Below, one piece after another: positions 128,281-138,817 of a stretch of DNA of 248,000 nt (positions within the stretch are counted from its first letter, which is position 1; each line of letters starts with the position of its first letter). Origin of the DNA: Andalucia godoyi And28 (taxonomy: Eukaryota; Protista; Jakobida); NCBI GenBank assembly GCA_009859145.1, contig VRVR01000021.1, positions 20,001 to 268,000 on the forward strand, read 5' to 3'. Position numbers and translations under genes: made by a program. The notes under the pieces were generated by a model, which saw nothing but the letters and a program-made list of their open reading frames with translations, did not search any database and was not told where the DNA came from.

Positions 128281-129627
128281 TTATCTCGGAAAGGTACTCC
128301 CAATCCTTTCTCGATCGACAGCCCCTGATGCAGGCATTCGGGAACGCCGTTGAGAAGAACTCTCAATCATTAAATTCGAAGAAACTTCGTGATTGATAAC
128401 ACGAAATGTTGGCTCATCACTCAACGAGCGACTTGACCCGGAAACGGACATTCGATCAGGACTCTTCACCACAACGGGAAAGGAATCCTGAAGCACTATG
128501 GGCTTCATATGGAATGCCGGACGGAATTTGGCAGGACGCGGGTCACCAATATTGGAGGCTTTTCTTGGGCTGAACTGCGCTTCCGTTGTTGCTTTTGGTG
128601 ATTTGATGGTAGGAATGTCAAGATCTTTGCGAGAATTGTTAGGATACAGTAAATTATGGCCAGTCACTACATCAACGCTGCCGACAGCAGAGGTATCCGG
128701 TTGCAAATCACCACCTCCTCCGTCACCCATAAAACGAGCTGAAGTTTTGTTCAATTCGCCGTCAACAATCTTGTTGCGAAAGAAGCCAAATTGCGTACCT
128801 ATACGCACGATTGTCGCGAAGGCTTTCAACACCCTTTCCCACTCTTCTTCTCTTAACTTGCGAATAGCAGACGCTTCACCAATGAAGTCTCTTGCTGATT
128901 TTGCCGCCAGCGATCGGCTGCTTCCAACCAATTTCTTCCGTCGAGGACTGGCGGAAGGATCCTCAACCTCCATATTCTGCAGAGCAGACAGAGACCTTGT
129001 GAAATGACTGGCAACATCAAGTAGTGATTGAACAGTATCGGCGGCTGTACTGGAACAAGTGTCGTTGCACACAATAGGAGATCGCATTGGAAACTCCTCC
129101 ATCGTGGGTTTGCCCTGTGCCAACGCACCTTCGGAATCAGATCGGCAATCGACGGATGGAACCAAAATATCACAACAACATTCAGCATCCTTTGATTTTG
129201 AATCTTCTGTCTGCGTTCCTTTTGAGGCGTGCGTGGGCATTCGGATGGCGGGATGCAAATCAGCAGAAAGAGGTGGAATGACATGATTGACATCCCTTGG
129301 GCTCTCAACAGGCTTGGAGCCAACGTCTATGTCCAAACTTCTTCTGGCAACCGCCTTGTCCGAAAAGAAACTGCTTAAATCCGAGTGGTTCAGCAGTTTT
129401 GATTTGAGCGACTGCTCTCTGTTCAAGCGAACCAGATCCTTGTCTTTCGAAGAAAGGAAGGTTTCTTCAGATTGCTTGCTCTCCGAGGAAAACAAACAGT
129501 CAATCATCTTTTTCACCAACATATCCAATTTTGATCTCTGGCGACGGATCTCGTCCACAAGTTTCTCAAACGGTTGTTCATGTTCATCGTCATCGTCATT
129601 TGCGCTGTCTGCAAAACTATCTACCAT
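128281..129627 (-). CDS. Hypothetical protein
   Basis: 448-aa ORF. Confidence 0.45.
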   Translation of the reverse strand: MVDSFADSANDDDDEHEQPFEKLVDEIRRQRSKLDMLVKKMIDCLFSSESKQSEETFLSSKDKDLVRLNREQSLKSKLLNHSDLSSFFSDKAVARRSLDIDVGSKPVESPRDVNHVIPPLSADLHPAIRMPTHASKGTQTEDSKSKDAECCCDILVPSVDCRSDSEGALAQGKPTMEEFPMRSPIVCNDTCSSTAADTVQSLLDVASHFTRSLSALQNMEVEDPSASPRRKKLVGSSRSLAAKSARDFIGEASAIRKLREEEWERVLKAFATIVRIGTQFGFFRNKIVDGELNKTSARFMGDGGGGDLQPDTSAVGSVDVVTGHNLLYPNNSRKDLDIPTIKSPKATTEAQFSPRKASNIGDPRPAKFRPAFHMKPIVLQDSFPVVVKSPDRMSVSGSSRSLSDEPTFRVINHEVSSNLMIESSSQRRSRMPASGAVDRERIGSTFPR

Positions 129628-130249
129628 TAACGAATCAGTGAATGAAGAGCGATGCTCCAGCCACTCTGAAAGCTCTTCCAGGACGTGTTGCCTGTCATTT
129701 CCCCAACGATCCTTCTGTCACACCGTAGTGAAGGAAAATAAAACGTTTTCGTCAGAACCGGAGATCAGCATTGAGACAAAAAGCAAAACTCAAAAAAAAA
129801 TAATAAAAAAGTACGTACGCGAAACGTTCGAGAGGACATTTCGGTTCCTGGATGAAACTTTGAGGTCCGCGGGATAGCTGGGCCACTCTTCTGCTGCTCG
129901 TTGTTACTTACCACTTCCAAAATACAAATACATAAGAATAATTAAAAAGAGTAAAAGACCAAGGCTGTTTCACTGCAGACATCGAAATCCCCAGAGGAAA
130001 AAGAAAAAAGAATGCGATTCCCCCCGACGTTTTTTTGCCCGAAAGGTAGCATCAACCGGTTTCCGACGCTTCCCGTTTTGGCAACAGGACCACAGGATTC
130101 AGCACATTTTCCGATTTCGACTTTTATTTTATTTTTTGTTGCCACGCACGCACCTAGTCCCCTTGCGACAAAACCTGTTTTTGTTTTATAATAGTTTCTC
130201 TCCCGTTTTTTCGTCAGGACTGTGTAATTCTTTGCGCAAGCAATTAAAA

Positions 130250-130507
130250 ATGGGGCGCAAGGACGCAAGTTACCGCAAAAGCATGGGGATATTCTGTGAC
130301 CTTCGAAAGGGAATGACGGACTGTCCTTGGGTTAAAGATCTCTCCGATGATGAAATTCAGATTGTGTGCTTGCGAATTTGCGAGAATTCTTCCGATGACG
130401 ACGATATGGACACTCTTCAGAAGACGATTATCAACGAATTGAAGAGAGTTCACGATGAACGACTTGCTCGTGAATCTGCTGCTCAAGTGAAGCTGCCATC
130501 ATCGTAA
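130250..130507 (+). CDS. Small hypothetical protein
   Basis: 85-aa helical ORF after an A-rich start context. Confidence 0.4.
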   Translation: MGRKDASYRKSMGIFCDLRKGMTDCPWVKDLSDDEIQIVCLRICENSSDDDDMDTLQKTIINELKRVHDERLARESAAQVKLPSS

Positions 130508-130601
130508 CGGACGCCCAATCGGACAGTGCGTCCGGCCACGAAGCGGGCAGCGTGAAGAATCGCAGCCTCAGTTCCGTTAAGTTTACGCAAATAAATGTTA
130601 C

Positions 130602-131612
130602 CTAAGACTTACTGCCTTTGTCGTTGTCGAACACAACGGGGCTTGCAGATGTCATATGAGTGACGACCTGCTGTTGCAGCCAGCTGCAGAAATCGTATTT
130701 TGACTTCGAGTGTCGTGCTCCGTTCGCATCAATTTCTCGAATAGGCAGAACGAGTCGCGAAGTGGACGTAATGAAGCATTCATCCCAGCGATCGACGTCA
130801 TTCGGAATATTGAGAAACTTGTCATAAATAACAGGAATTCCAAATTCAGAGCATATCTCAAGAACGAGCTTGCGCACCGTGCCATCCAGGACTTCTGAAG
130901 AGGTGAAGACCGAAGCTCTGCTTTGTATGGACGACACTCTGTCGACATCCTTGTACAAAACTGCGTAGAAATTCGATGACAAGCCCTCAGTGACATTTCC
131001 GTGACCGTCACTGAGCAACAATTCATTTACATCCGGAGACATGCTCTTCTCAAGAACCTGGCGATCCACAACCCACTGAGAATCCTTTGCCTTTGCATTG
131101 TTACGGGGATTCCCTTTCACTTGTACGCACACAGGCTTTTCAGGACGACTTGGAAGTGGCGAGAAATGAGCATGCAGATCGTAAGCAAAAGGTTCATTCT
131201 CAAAAGTGGAGTCGAAGTTCCACGTCAGTAAAACCGTTATTTTCAAGTCTTCTGTGCATCCAGGCCTCGCTGTATGTCGAAACACTTGATTTCCGATCTG
131301 AAACGTTCTCCGAATTGCAGGCTCCAACAATTCATACGAAGTGATAGGATAGAATCGATCAAGATGCTGCAGACTTTCGGGAAGCATGAGTCGTGCAGAC
131401 TCGGCCGTCCTTCTGACATGTTGTTCGTACTCGAAAACTCTGTTTATCTGAAATGTCCGACACGCAGTATATGCGCCACGCGGCAACTGCGTTAGAAAAT
131501 CCTTTGCGGACAATGACGATATTTCGGCGAGAAAGTTTCGCACCACGACGTTAGACATGAGATCCCCCCCTTTTTTGTTTACGGCTTTTATCTGCGCCCG
131601 AAAGATAAACAC
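130602..131612 (-). CDS. Class IV PLP aminotransferase-like protein
   Basis: RNNAKAKDSQW, TEGLSSNF, VLDGTVRKLV and ECFITSTSRLVLPI. Confidence 0.85.
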   Translation of the reverse strand: MFIFRAQIKAVNKKGGDLMSNVVVRNFLAEISSLSAKDFLTQLPRGAYTACRTFQINRVFEYEQHVRRTAESARLMLPESLQHLDRFYPITSYELLEPAIRRTFQIGNQVFRHTARPGCTEDLKITVLLTWNFDSTFENEPFAYDLHAHFSPLPSRPEKPVCVQVKGNPRNNAKAKDSQWVVDRQVLEKSMSPDVNELLLSDGHGNVTEGLSSNFYAVLYKDVDRVSSIQSRASVFTSSEVLDGTVRKLVLEICSEFGIPVIYDKFLNIPNDVDRWDECFITSTSRLVLPIREIDANGARHSKSKYDFCSWLQQQVVTHMTSASPVVFDNDKGSKS

Positions 131613-131948
131613 GCAGACAGATACTCGAGCACGTTTTGCAATTTTCTTTGTTCGAAACGATTCGAATCAATTGTGATTTGCGTGGGTCGAGTGAGTCCGT
131701 TTTCTCGCCAGTTCGCTACGGAAGTTAACAGAACACGTCGAAAATGTCGGGCACCGTCTCACGAGAGAGAACCACCGACCTTCAGTATTTGAGCTTTCTT
131801 TCTAACAAATTTGGAACGGCCACAATGGTCGTGACGCAAGAGGGAGTCCGAAGAGGCGGACGAGGATGAAATGTGCAGCACAAAAATGAATGGCAATTTC
131901 TTTTTAGAGTGCGCAAATGCGAAAAGCACAGCCACTGGAAAATTGTTC

Positions 131949-133694
131949 TTATCGTCGTTGAGAAGCTGGCAACAACGAATTCCGATCATCATCTGTGACT
132001 TCTTCCTCGTCTTCCTGTTCATCACCTTCACTGGCATTAGAACCCACACCTGGCAGAGACCCAATTGTAGCGGCTGCATCCGAAGGATCCTGCAGTGGTG
132101 AGGAGGCGTCGTCGTTCAACCGAGCAATTGGTTCGTGATCATTATTCGACGAGGACGCAGACTCGTCAATTGGCTGCTGTTGTTCGTCCCGCAGCCGAGC
132201 ATTCAAGACGTCTCTTGTTTCTGCAGACACCTCCCCGGTTGAAACCATGATGATCAGCTTTGGATCAGGTCTGAAATACAGACCAACAAACGCAAACAAA
132301 AACAAGAGAAGTCCTTCTCGCAAAGCAAGAACAAGCCAATCCTGTCGCCAGGTGAGAAATGCAAACTCGATGAACACAAGGATGATCGGCAATACAAGAT
132401 AAACCAAGAATGCCCAACGGAATGCACGAAACTTATGCAATCGATGTCGAAGCTGTCTTTGAACATTGCGCCAAGCGGCAGATTCCATATACATCGATCG
132501 CAATCGTTCAATGTTCGCATTCATTGAAACTATGATGCCAAACGTAATCAAGAATGAAATTACGGAATACGCAAGAACGTAGCCGGAGCATAAGGGCACT
132601 GCATCATCTGGGACAGATGATGACGGAGACTGAGACGCGGAGGTCGCAATATTCGAATTATGAGGAGAAAGACGGGGTTGCCCTGCTGCACACATTGCAT
132701 ACAAAAACCGGAAGAATGCATAAAGTCCAAACGAAACGATGCACAGCCTCTTTTCACGCTCATGAAGAGTCTGTCGCGTAATCGACCATCCCGTTGAAAT
132801 CAAGAAAAGCATGAGCGAAAACAGACAGTCTGAACAAACTCGAAACAGTCTCTCCACAGCATCCTCAAACAGAGAAACTTTTCCCTTCTCGGAAAGTGTA
132901 AGGTAGACAGAAAAGGTGACGATGAGTTCAAGACACTTAAAAGCAAATGCGCCACACAAGAACCAGTGAATACGAAGCATGTATGGCCTGAAAAACCCAA
133001 TAGAATACACAGTAAACAGGACAAACATTGTCAAATAGGCGAAGAAATAAAGAAGCGAAACCGGCAGCATGGGAATGTCTTCGAGAGACAGATGCTGTCC
133101 ATTCGGATTCAACAGTGTCAGTGTCCCCTTCACGTACACTCCTGAGGAAGCCGACGGACAGTTCTGTGCAAGAACAACATATCTTGCATTCACAAGAATT
133201 GCATCTGGCGGAGTTTGAATATTGAGTGCTCCCTGACTGGATGCAGCCCTAATCTGAGCACTGGATGCTGTGAGCATCTGTGCTTGCGCAAGAGAATGAT
133301 TCAACGCAATCTGCGGATCGTCTTTCAACATTAATTGAAGCAGAGCTGGATCAAAGAAAGATCCTTCTTGCACAAATTGCGCAGTGAACGTGGAAGGCAT
133401 GAATCCGCATGGACGGCCGCCCATGCTGGCCTTCCCCACAATCCGCTCCAGCCTGATATCTGTCCAGTAATGCTCTGGCATAAGCAGAATATCCACGATT
133501 TCTCCGTCGGAAAGGCCAGACACAGTCAGGGACGCCGAAAAAGATCCTCCAGGAAGAAAGCCATATGCAGGGATTGGAAGAATCGTTGTGATTGCAGATC
133601 GGTCAGAGAGCGGATAATTGATTTCAAAGATGAGCCCGCGGGAAGCCGTGAGTGACACCGACAACGCAAGAAAAACATGCAAAAGCCTTTGCAT
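131949..133694 (-). CDS. GPR107/GOST-family 7TM protein
   Basis: Signal peptide, LLNPNGQHLS, ISTGWSITR and 7 TM helices. Confidence 0.7.
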   Translation of the reverse strand: MQRLLHVFLALSVSLTASRGLIFEINYPLSDRSAITTILPIPAYGFLPGGSFSASLTVSGLSDGEIVDILLMPEHYWTDIRLERIVGKASMGGRPCGFMPSTFTAQFVQEGSFFDPALLQLMLKDDPQIALNHSLAQAQMLTASSAQIRAASSQGALNIQTPPDAILVNARYVVLAQNCPSASSGVYVKGTLTLLNPNGQHLSLEDIPMLPVSLLYFFAYLTMFVLFTVYSIGFFRPYMLRIHWFLCGAFAFKCLELIVTFSVYLTLSEKGKVSLFEDAVERLFRVCSDCLFSLMLFLISTGWSITRQTLHEREKRLCIVSFGLYAFFRFLYAMCAAGQPRLSPHNSNIATSASQSPSSSVPDDAVPLCSGYVLAYSVISFLITFGIIVSMNANIERLRSMYMESAAWRNVQRQLRHRLHKFRAFRWAFLVYLVLPIILVFIEFAFLTWRQDWLVLALREGLLLFLFAFVGLYFRPDPKLIIMVSTGEVSAETRDVLNARLRDEQQQPIDESASSSNNDHEPIARLNDDASSPLQDPSDAAATIGSLPGVGSNASEGDEQEDEEEVTDDDRNSLLPASQRR

Positions 133695-134087
133695 TCTATT
133701 CTTTAGACACGAGGCAGTCTTTTCAATCTTAATATTCCCCCTGTACGCGAAACACAGCCTCTTCAGTCTTCATCTTTTGCCATTGATTTTCTCGCAGCTG
133801 CTTTTGAAGATGCGCCATTTCCCCCCCATGCAGGTTTCCGTTTTTCGCAGTGGATTCGGAAAGCATTTGATGCTATCGACGTGACGCAAATGGTGGCGGG
133901 AGAAAACTTTCCTCTTCTGGAGTTCATCGGGAACGTCGCTTTCCGCTTCCCGATTCCAGTGAATCTTCGTTGTCGCTGCAGCAGCCATACAAAACTTTAT
134001 TGTTGATAAAATCGCTTTGTTGACAGTGTTTGGTTTCATTTGCCCAAAAAAAAGTGAAAAGAGAAGAAGAGAAGAAGAGAAAGTCAG

Positions 134088-134212
<125 letters not shown>

Positions 134213-134227
134213 AAGAAAAACACAACA

Positions 134228-135802
134228 ATGAAACATGCGAAACGGCTGGCGGTTTTCTGCTTGTTTTCATTGATGTTGTTATGCTCGATTGATATGTCGA
134301 CAGCGGCGGATGACCACATCGTGCAGACCACCGCGGGACCCGTTCGTGGAACTACTGGTCCAGGATACGTTCGCTGGTCTGTTCCGTACGGGGAGCCGCC
134401 TGTACAAGGGCTTCGGTGGAGGCCTCCGGTTGCTCGGTCGTCTTGGGCGCCGTCTGTTTTTGATGGTACTCAGTTTCTGGATGGATGTCCACGGCTTTTT
134501 GCTTCCGGCTCTGTATCGGGAAGCGAAGACTGCTTGAATCTTGTTATTTGGGCGCCTACGGATTATGCAGCGAAGTCCTATCCAGTTTTGTGGTGGGTGC
134601 ACGGCGGTGGTTTTACCGGAGGGTCTGCAAAATACTTGTCGTATCATGGGGATTTTCTTGTGAATTCCACGAAGGGAATGGTGGTTGTGACCGTCAATTA
134701 TCGACTTGGAGTTCTGGGTTGGCTTGCTTCACCTGGATTGTTTGAAGGAAACTACGGCTTCATGGATCAACTTCTTTCTCTTCAGTGGGTACAAGAAAAC
134801 ATCAGGAATTTTGGAGGAGACCCCACTAGAGTGACGATCGACGGACAATCGGCCGGGGGAATCAGCGTCGGCCTTCATTTGGTCAGCCCTGCTTCTCGTG
134901 GTCTTTTTCACCAAGCAATCATCCAGTCCAATCCGTTTGCAATGCGCTTCCGTACCGGAGAGGAGAATCTGGGGATGAACGAATTGCTGGCCATTCGTTT
135001 AGGATGTTCGACTATTCGAGATCGAAGCTGCCTTTATAACAAAACGGTTGATGAAGTCCTTGTTGCTCAGCAAAAGGATTTATGGTTGCCGGATCCGCTG
135101 GACTTTCGAGACGAGCTTCCTTTCCAACCCACTCTGGATGGCCGACTGGTCCCCGGACAGCCTTTGGAGCTTCTTGAAGGTGGACAAGGTTTGGATATCC
135201 CAATTATCATGGGCGATGTCAAGAATGAAACGTTGGGATGGGTCTACGAGGATCCAGTTGGACTTCCGAAGATATCCTGGGCATTCATGCTGGACCTGCT
135301 CACGTCGAATCGTTCTGAAGTGCAGGAAATATTGAACATCTATGGGGCTACAGAAGACAGCCGCGTGGTTCTAAGCAGGGCATCGGCAGACTTTTTCTTC
135401 AACTGCGCTACACGTCGAGCGCTGCTTGCTTTATCGAGATACAACAAAGCCCCTCTTCGCTGGTATGCATTTCTTCATTCTCCACAATACGATCCGGAAA
135501 ATAAGGCTCCACAGTGTAGCCCCTTTGGCCTAGGAGGAGTCTGTCATGGTGCGGACCTTGTGTATGTTTTCCATACTCTTTCCGAGTGGAACCACCACTT
135601 CACTCCGGAAGAAGAAGTGCTGAGTTCGACGATGATGAATCTGTGGGCAGATTTTGTTTCAGGGTCCGATACGCTTTCATTCGCATGGCCATTGTTTTCT
135701 GCCGACACGACCGACATGTTGGCATTTGACACGAACGGCGTGTTCGTGCTCCAAAATCACCAGCAGATGGAGTGCCAATTGTGGGATCAACTTGGATATT
135801 AA
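134228..135802 (+). CDS. Secreted type-B carboxylesterase
   Basis: SEDCLNLVIW, VHGGGF, NYRLGVLG, GQSAGG and HGADL. Confidence 0.93.
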   Translation: MKHAKRLAVFCLFSLMLLCSIDMSTAADDHIVQTTAGPVRGTTGPGYVRWSVPYGEPPVQGLRWRPPVARSSWAPSVFDGTQFLDGCPRLFASGSVSGSEDCLNLVIWAPTDYAAKSYPVLWWVHGGGFTGGSAKYLSYHGDFLVNSTKGMVVVTVNYRLGVLGWLASPGLFEGNYGFMDQLLSLQWVQENIRNFGGDPTRVTIDGQSAGGISVGLHLVSPASRGLFHQAIIQSNPFAMRFRTGEENLGMNELLAIRLGCSTIRDRSCLYNKTVDEVLVAQQKDLWLPDPLDFRDELPFQPTLDGRLVPGQPLELLEGGQGLDIPIIMGDVKNETLGWVYEDPVGLPKISWAFMLDLLTSNRSEVQEILNIYGATEDSRVVLSRASADFFFNCATRRALLALSRYNKAPLRWYAFLHSPQYDPENKAPQCSPFGLGGVCHGADLVYVFHTLSEWNHHFTPEEEVLSSTMMNLWADFVSGSDTLSFAWPLFSADTTDMLAFDTNGVFVLQNHQQMECQLWDQLGY

Positions 135803-136060
135803 TACGTAAGTAAACGATTGCTTTGTTTAAAAATTGGTGAAAGTGTCACAATCCAACAACAAGCAGAAACTTGGAGTGCAGCAATTTGATTCGAGGTGGG
135901 AGGGACAAAGCAACGGGGCATATTTCTTTATTTGCGAGTACTCCGCAAAGCCATGCTACACATGGTTGTACCATTGATGCGCCACGATCATTATCCAGGT
136001 GTCGGTGCAATCGAAAAAAAGAGGGCACTGAAAAGGAGATAAAACACTGTTGTCAAGAAC

Positions 136061-137230
136061 TCATTCCATGACGACGTCGTCCTCTTCGTCAAGATCGCTG
136101 TCCTCATCGTCTTCCATGAGACCCTTAAAGAAATTTCTCCTCTTTTTTTCGTTCGCAGACGACTTGGGCATCTTCTCCCTCTTCCGTTCGGAAATTTCGG
136201 GTTCATTCTCTTCTGTGTACACTCGCTCTTTCTTTGCGGCAAGATCGTTAATCTTGCCTTCGGCAAACTGCCGGACGTCCCAGAATTTGATGGCAGAATC
136301 ATGCGAACATGAAGCCAGAAAGGAGCCATCATGGCTGATGGACATGCATTCAACAGGATACTCTCCGTGGTCTCCAATGACTTCAACAACTTCCAACGGA
136401 GTGACTCGCAGAATCCGCACAAGACCATCACCGGCCCCGGAAGCAATGCAATTTGGACCAACAGTAACCAATGTTTCGACAGAAAACGGGTGTGCATCTG
136501 CCAATCTCTCTCTCCAGTACCCCCAATATCCCCAGGCAAACGAGTTCAAAGAGCCTTCTTGCGTGCCACAAATCAAACGCCCAGCGGCGTCCCCTTGACC
136601 TCCGAGCGTATCGCTAGTGCCTTGTCGAACAATTGTGCAGGAAAGAAATTCATCGTCGAAGGAGTCTGACGTGCTCAAGTGCTTTCCTTTTCTAACGTTG
136701 AAAACGGAAAGGCAGCCGTCACCTCCAGTCGCACACAGACACTTTGATCCAGCATCATACACAATGTCCGAGATAAAGTCCGTATTTTCGTGAAACAGCA
136801 ATGCCGGCTTCGCCTGAGCCCCAAGCGTTCGAACATCCCATAAAGCAACACGGCCGCTGTCATCTCCGGTGGCAATAAGTTCTGGGGTACACGTTGTAAC
136901 TGCGTTCACTGCTTCATTCCGAACATTCTTCGCATGTCCATTTGTCACGATATCTCCATTCTGAACAGCAAAGCTATCAACAGAACCATCGGAAGCCACA
137001 GAATACAACACTTGGCCGTCTCGAGAAAAGCACACAGCCCGCGAGGCACTCTCATGTGCTTTCAAGCTGCCGACCAAGTGATTTCCTTCCGTCATCGTTT
137101 GATACAGCTGCACAGTTCCGTCAATGAGACCGACCGCCAAGACATGAGCGAATGGATGGAAAGAAAGATCAAATATTTGCAAGCCCTCAGGAATGGCGAG
137201 ATCAGGCGGTGCACAGTCAAGGTCCTGCAT
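136061..137230 (-). CDS. WDR55: WD repeat protein 55 (JIP5)
   Basis: DLSFHP, ATGDDSG, SGAGDGLVR and SCSHD; acidic/basic tail. Confidence 0.8.
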   Translation of the reverse strand: MQDLDCAPPDLAIPEGLQIFDLSFHPFAHVLAVGLIDGTVQLYQTMTEGNHLVGSLKAHESASRAVCFSRDGQVLYSVASDGSVDSFAVQNGDIVTNGHAKNVRNEAVNAVTTCTPELIATGDDSGRVALWDVRTLGAQAKPALLFHENTDFISDIVYDAGSKCLCATGGDGCLSVFNVRKGKHLSTSDSFDDEFLSCTIVRQGTSDTLGGQGDAAGRLICGTQEGSLNSFAWGYWGYWRERLADAHPFSVETLVTVGPNCIASGAGDGLVRILRVTPLEVVEVIGDHGEYPVECMSISHDGSFLASCSHDSAIKFWDVRQFAEGKINDLAAKKERVYTEENEPEISERKREKMPKSSANEKKRRNFFKGLMEDDEDSDLDEEDDVVME

Positions 137231-137339
137231 ATCAAAACGAAATAAACAACAGCGATCGCCGGTGCCACTTAAAAACCGTTGCGTTGAGTTAAAAGAAACA
137301 TAGCTGAATCAGTTCATCTGCAAAAAACGGCGAGTGCAG

Positions 137340-137735
137340 CTTTGTATCACCAACGTTGAATATCAAATAATACGATTTTCTTACCGTAGTCAAGTCTAGA
137401 ATGTCTTCATTCTTCACTTTTCAATCTTTTCCTTTTTCTTCTTCTGTTTGTTTTTCAAAATCGGACCCTCAAACAGCACATTTCATCAAAGACAAAAAAT
137501 CGCATGGCTCCAAAGAGGGATCTTCCCGACCAACTCACACCGGCCATGCCCGAAGATGCGGAGACCCAAAGAACCCGTTGATGAAGAAGCGACGGCTCTT
137601 TGATGCACAGCAGTCTGCGTTGAAGAGCTGGTGCTCGCCCCCCCGTCCCCGAATAAAACGCACAAAAAAAAACACAAAAACATGTGGCTTGGATCTGTCT
137701 TCGGTGACAGCTTAGCCGATGATGATCGATAATGG
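137340..137735 (-). repeat. Dispersed repeat family D, copy
   Basis: Reverse complement of 112405-112770. Confidence 0.9.
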
Positions 137736-138148
137736 GCGAAAATGAACTTCATGCTCTTCCCCAAAAGCAGACTTGATGTCTTCGGTGCGCCTCGGTGGAG
137801 TGCTGTGGGTGATCTGGTTTCGGACGTTTCTGATCCGCCGGGAAGCGGCTCAGCGTCCCACCGTCGCAGAAGAGGGGGAGCGTCATGCACGTCGGGATTC
137901 CGTGTGACAAGACAGAAGAAAAAGAAATTTTCATGGAACAATGCATCACATGCAAAAAATAAAAAACAGTTGATATGCTTTTTTAACGATCACGGTCGTG
138001 AAAAGGAGGCGATCAATTTGGTGCAATGGAAGCTGTGATTGTCAGCATAGCAACAATTCACTTGCCATTCTGCAGTCGTTGAAGCATGACGAAGCGCGTT
138101 TTCGTCGCAACAGTGAGACTATGGGTTTGTTTTTACACTGTACGTCCT

Positions 138149-138817
138149 TTATGACTCCGTTTTGGAAAGAAAGTCACGTCGGTTCCGAAGAGCTTCTTGC
138201 AAAATAATGTGCGATCCCTGAGCGATCTCGGGGTATGTGCATTTCGTTCCTCTTTGAAGGCACCTATTGCAAGAAGGCCTCTGATGGTCGCACCGTCTGT
138301 GGCTCTTGATGCACTCTTCACAGGAGCGCTTTCGTTGTGCAAAAAGTGAAGACAAAGGCAAGGCACCGCATTCATCAAGATTCTCGCAGTATTGTCGGAT
138401 CTTGCGAAGAGACGGATTGGAGACACGGTCGGTTCGTCCAGTATTCTTGAGCACTGCCGAATGTGTTTTCCCATTTCTTAGCGTCTGGATCCTTTGGAGA
138501 TGAAAGACAAACCCCGTTTTTGATTCGAGCTTGTCAGTTTCGCTTTCGCCCGCATCCTCACCGTCGCCCTCGCTCCCCCCTTCGGAGTCACGGTCCAAAT
138601 GACAGTCCAGCTGAGTTGAATGTTCGGAAGAAGGGGTTGGTGGCAGTCTGCAAGTTGACCGTGGGTCACTGCTACTGGTCCCTTGCACTTGGATGGGAGG
138701 CAGCGTGAGAATAAAGGACAGCTGAATGCTTGTGAATAGGTGAAGATCAGACTCGATTTTGCTGCAAATTTCTTGCAAAGCGTCCTGATCAAGCGTCAAA
138801 AATGGAGCACGCAGCAT
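138149..138817 (-). CDS. Small protein with a C-terminal Zn(II)2Cys6 cluster
   Basis: RSCEECIKSHRRCDHQRPSCNRCLQRGTKCTYP. Confidence 0.75.
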   Translation of the reverse strand: MLRAPFLTLDQDALQEICSKIESDLHLFTSIQLSFILTLPPIQVQGTSSSDPRSTCRLPPTPSSEHSTQLDCHLDRDSEGGSEGDGEDAGESETDKLESKTGFVFHLQRIQTLRNGKTHSAVLKNTGRTDRVSNPSLRKIRQYCENLDECGALPLSSLFAQRKRSCEECIKSHRRCDHQRPSCNRCLQRGTKCTYPEIAQGSHIILQEALRNRRDFLSKTES

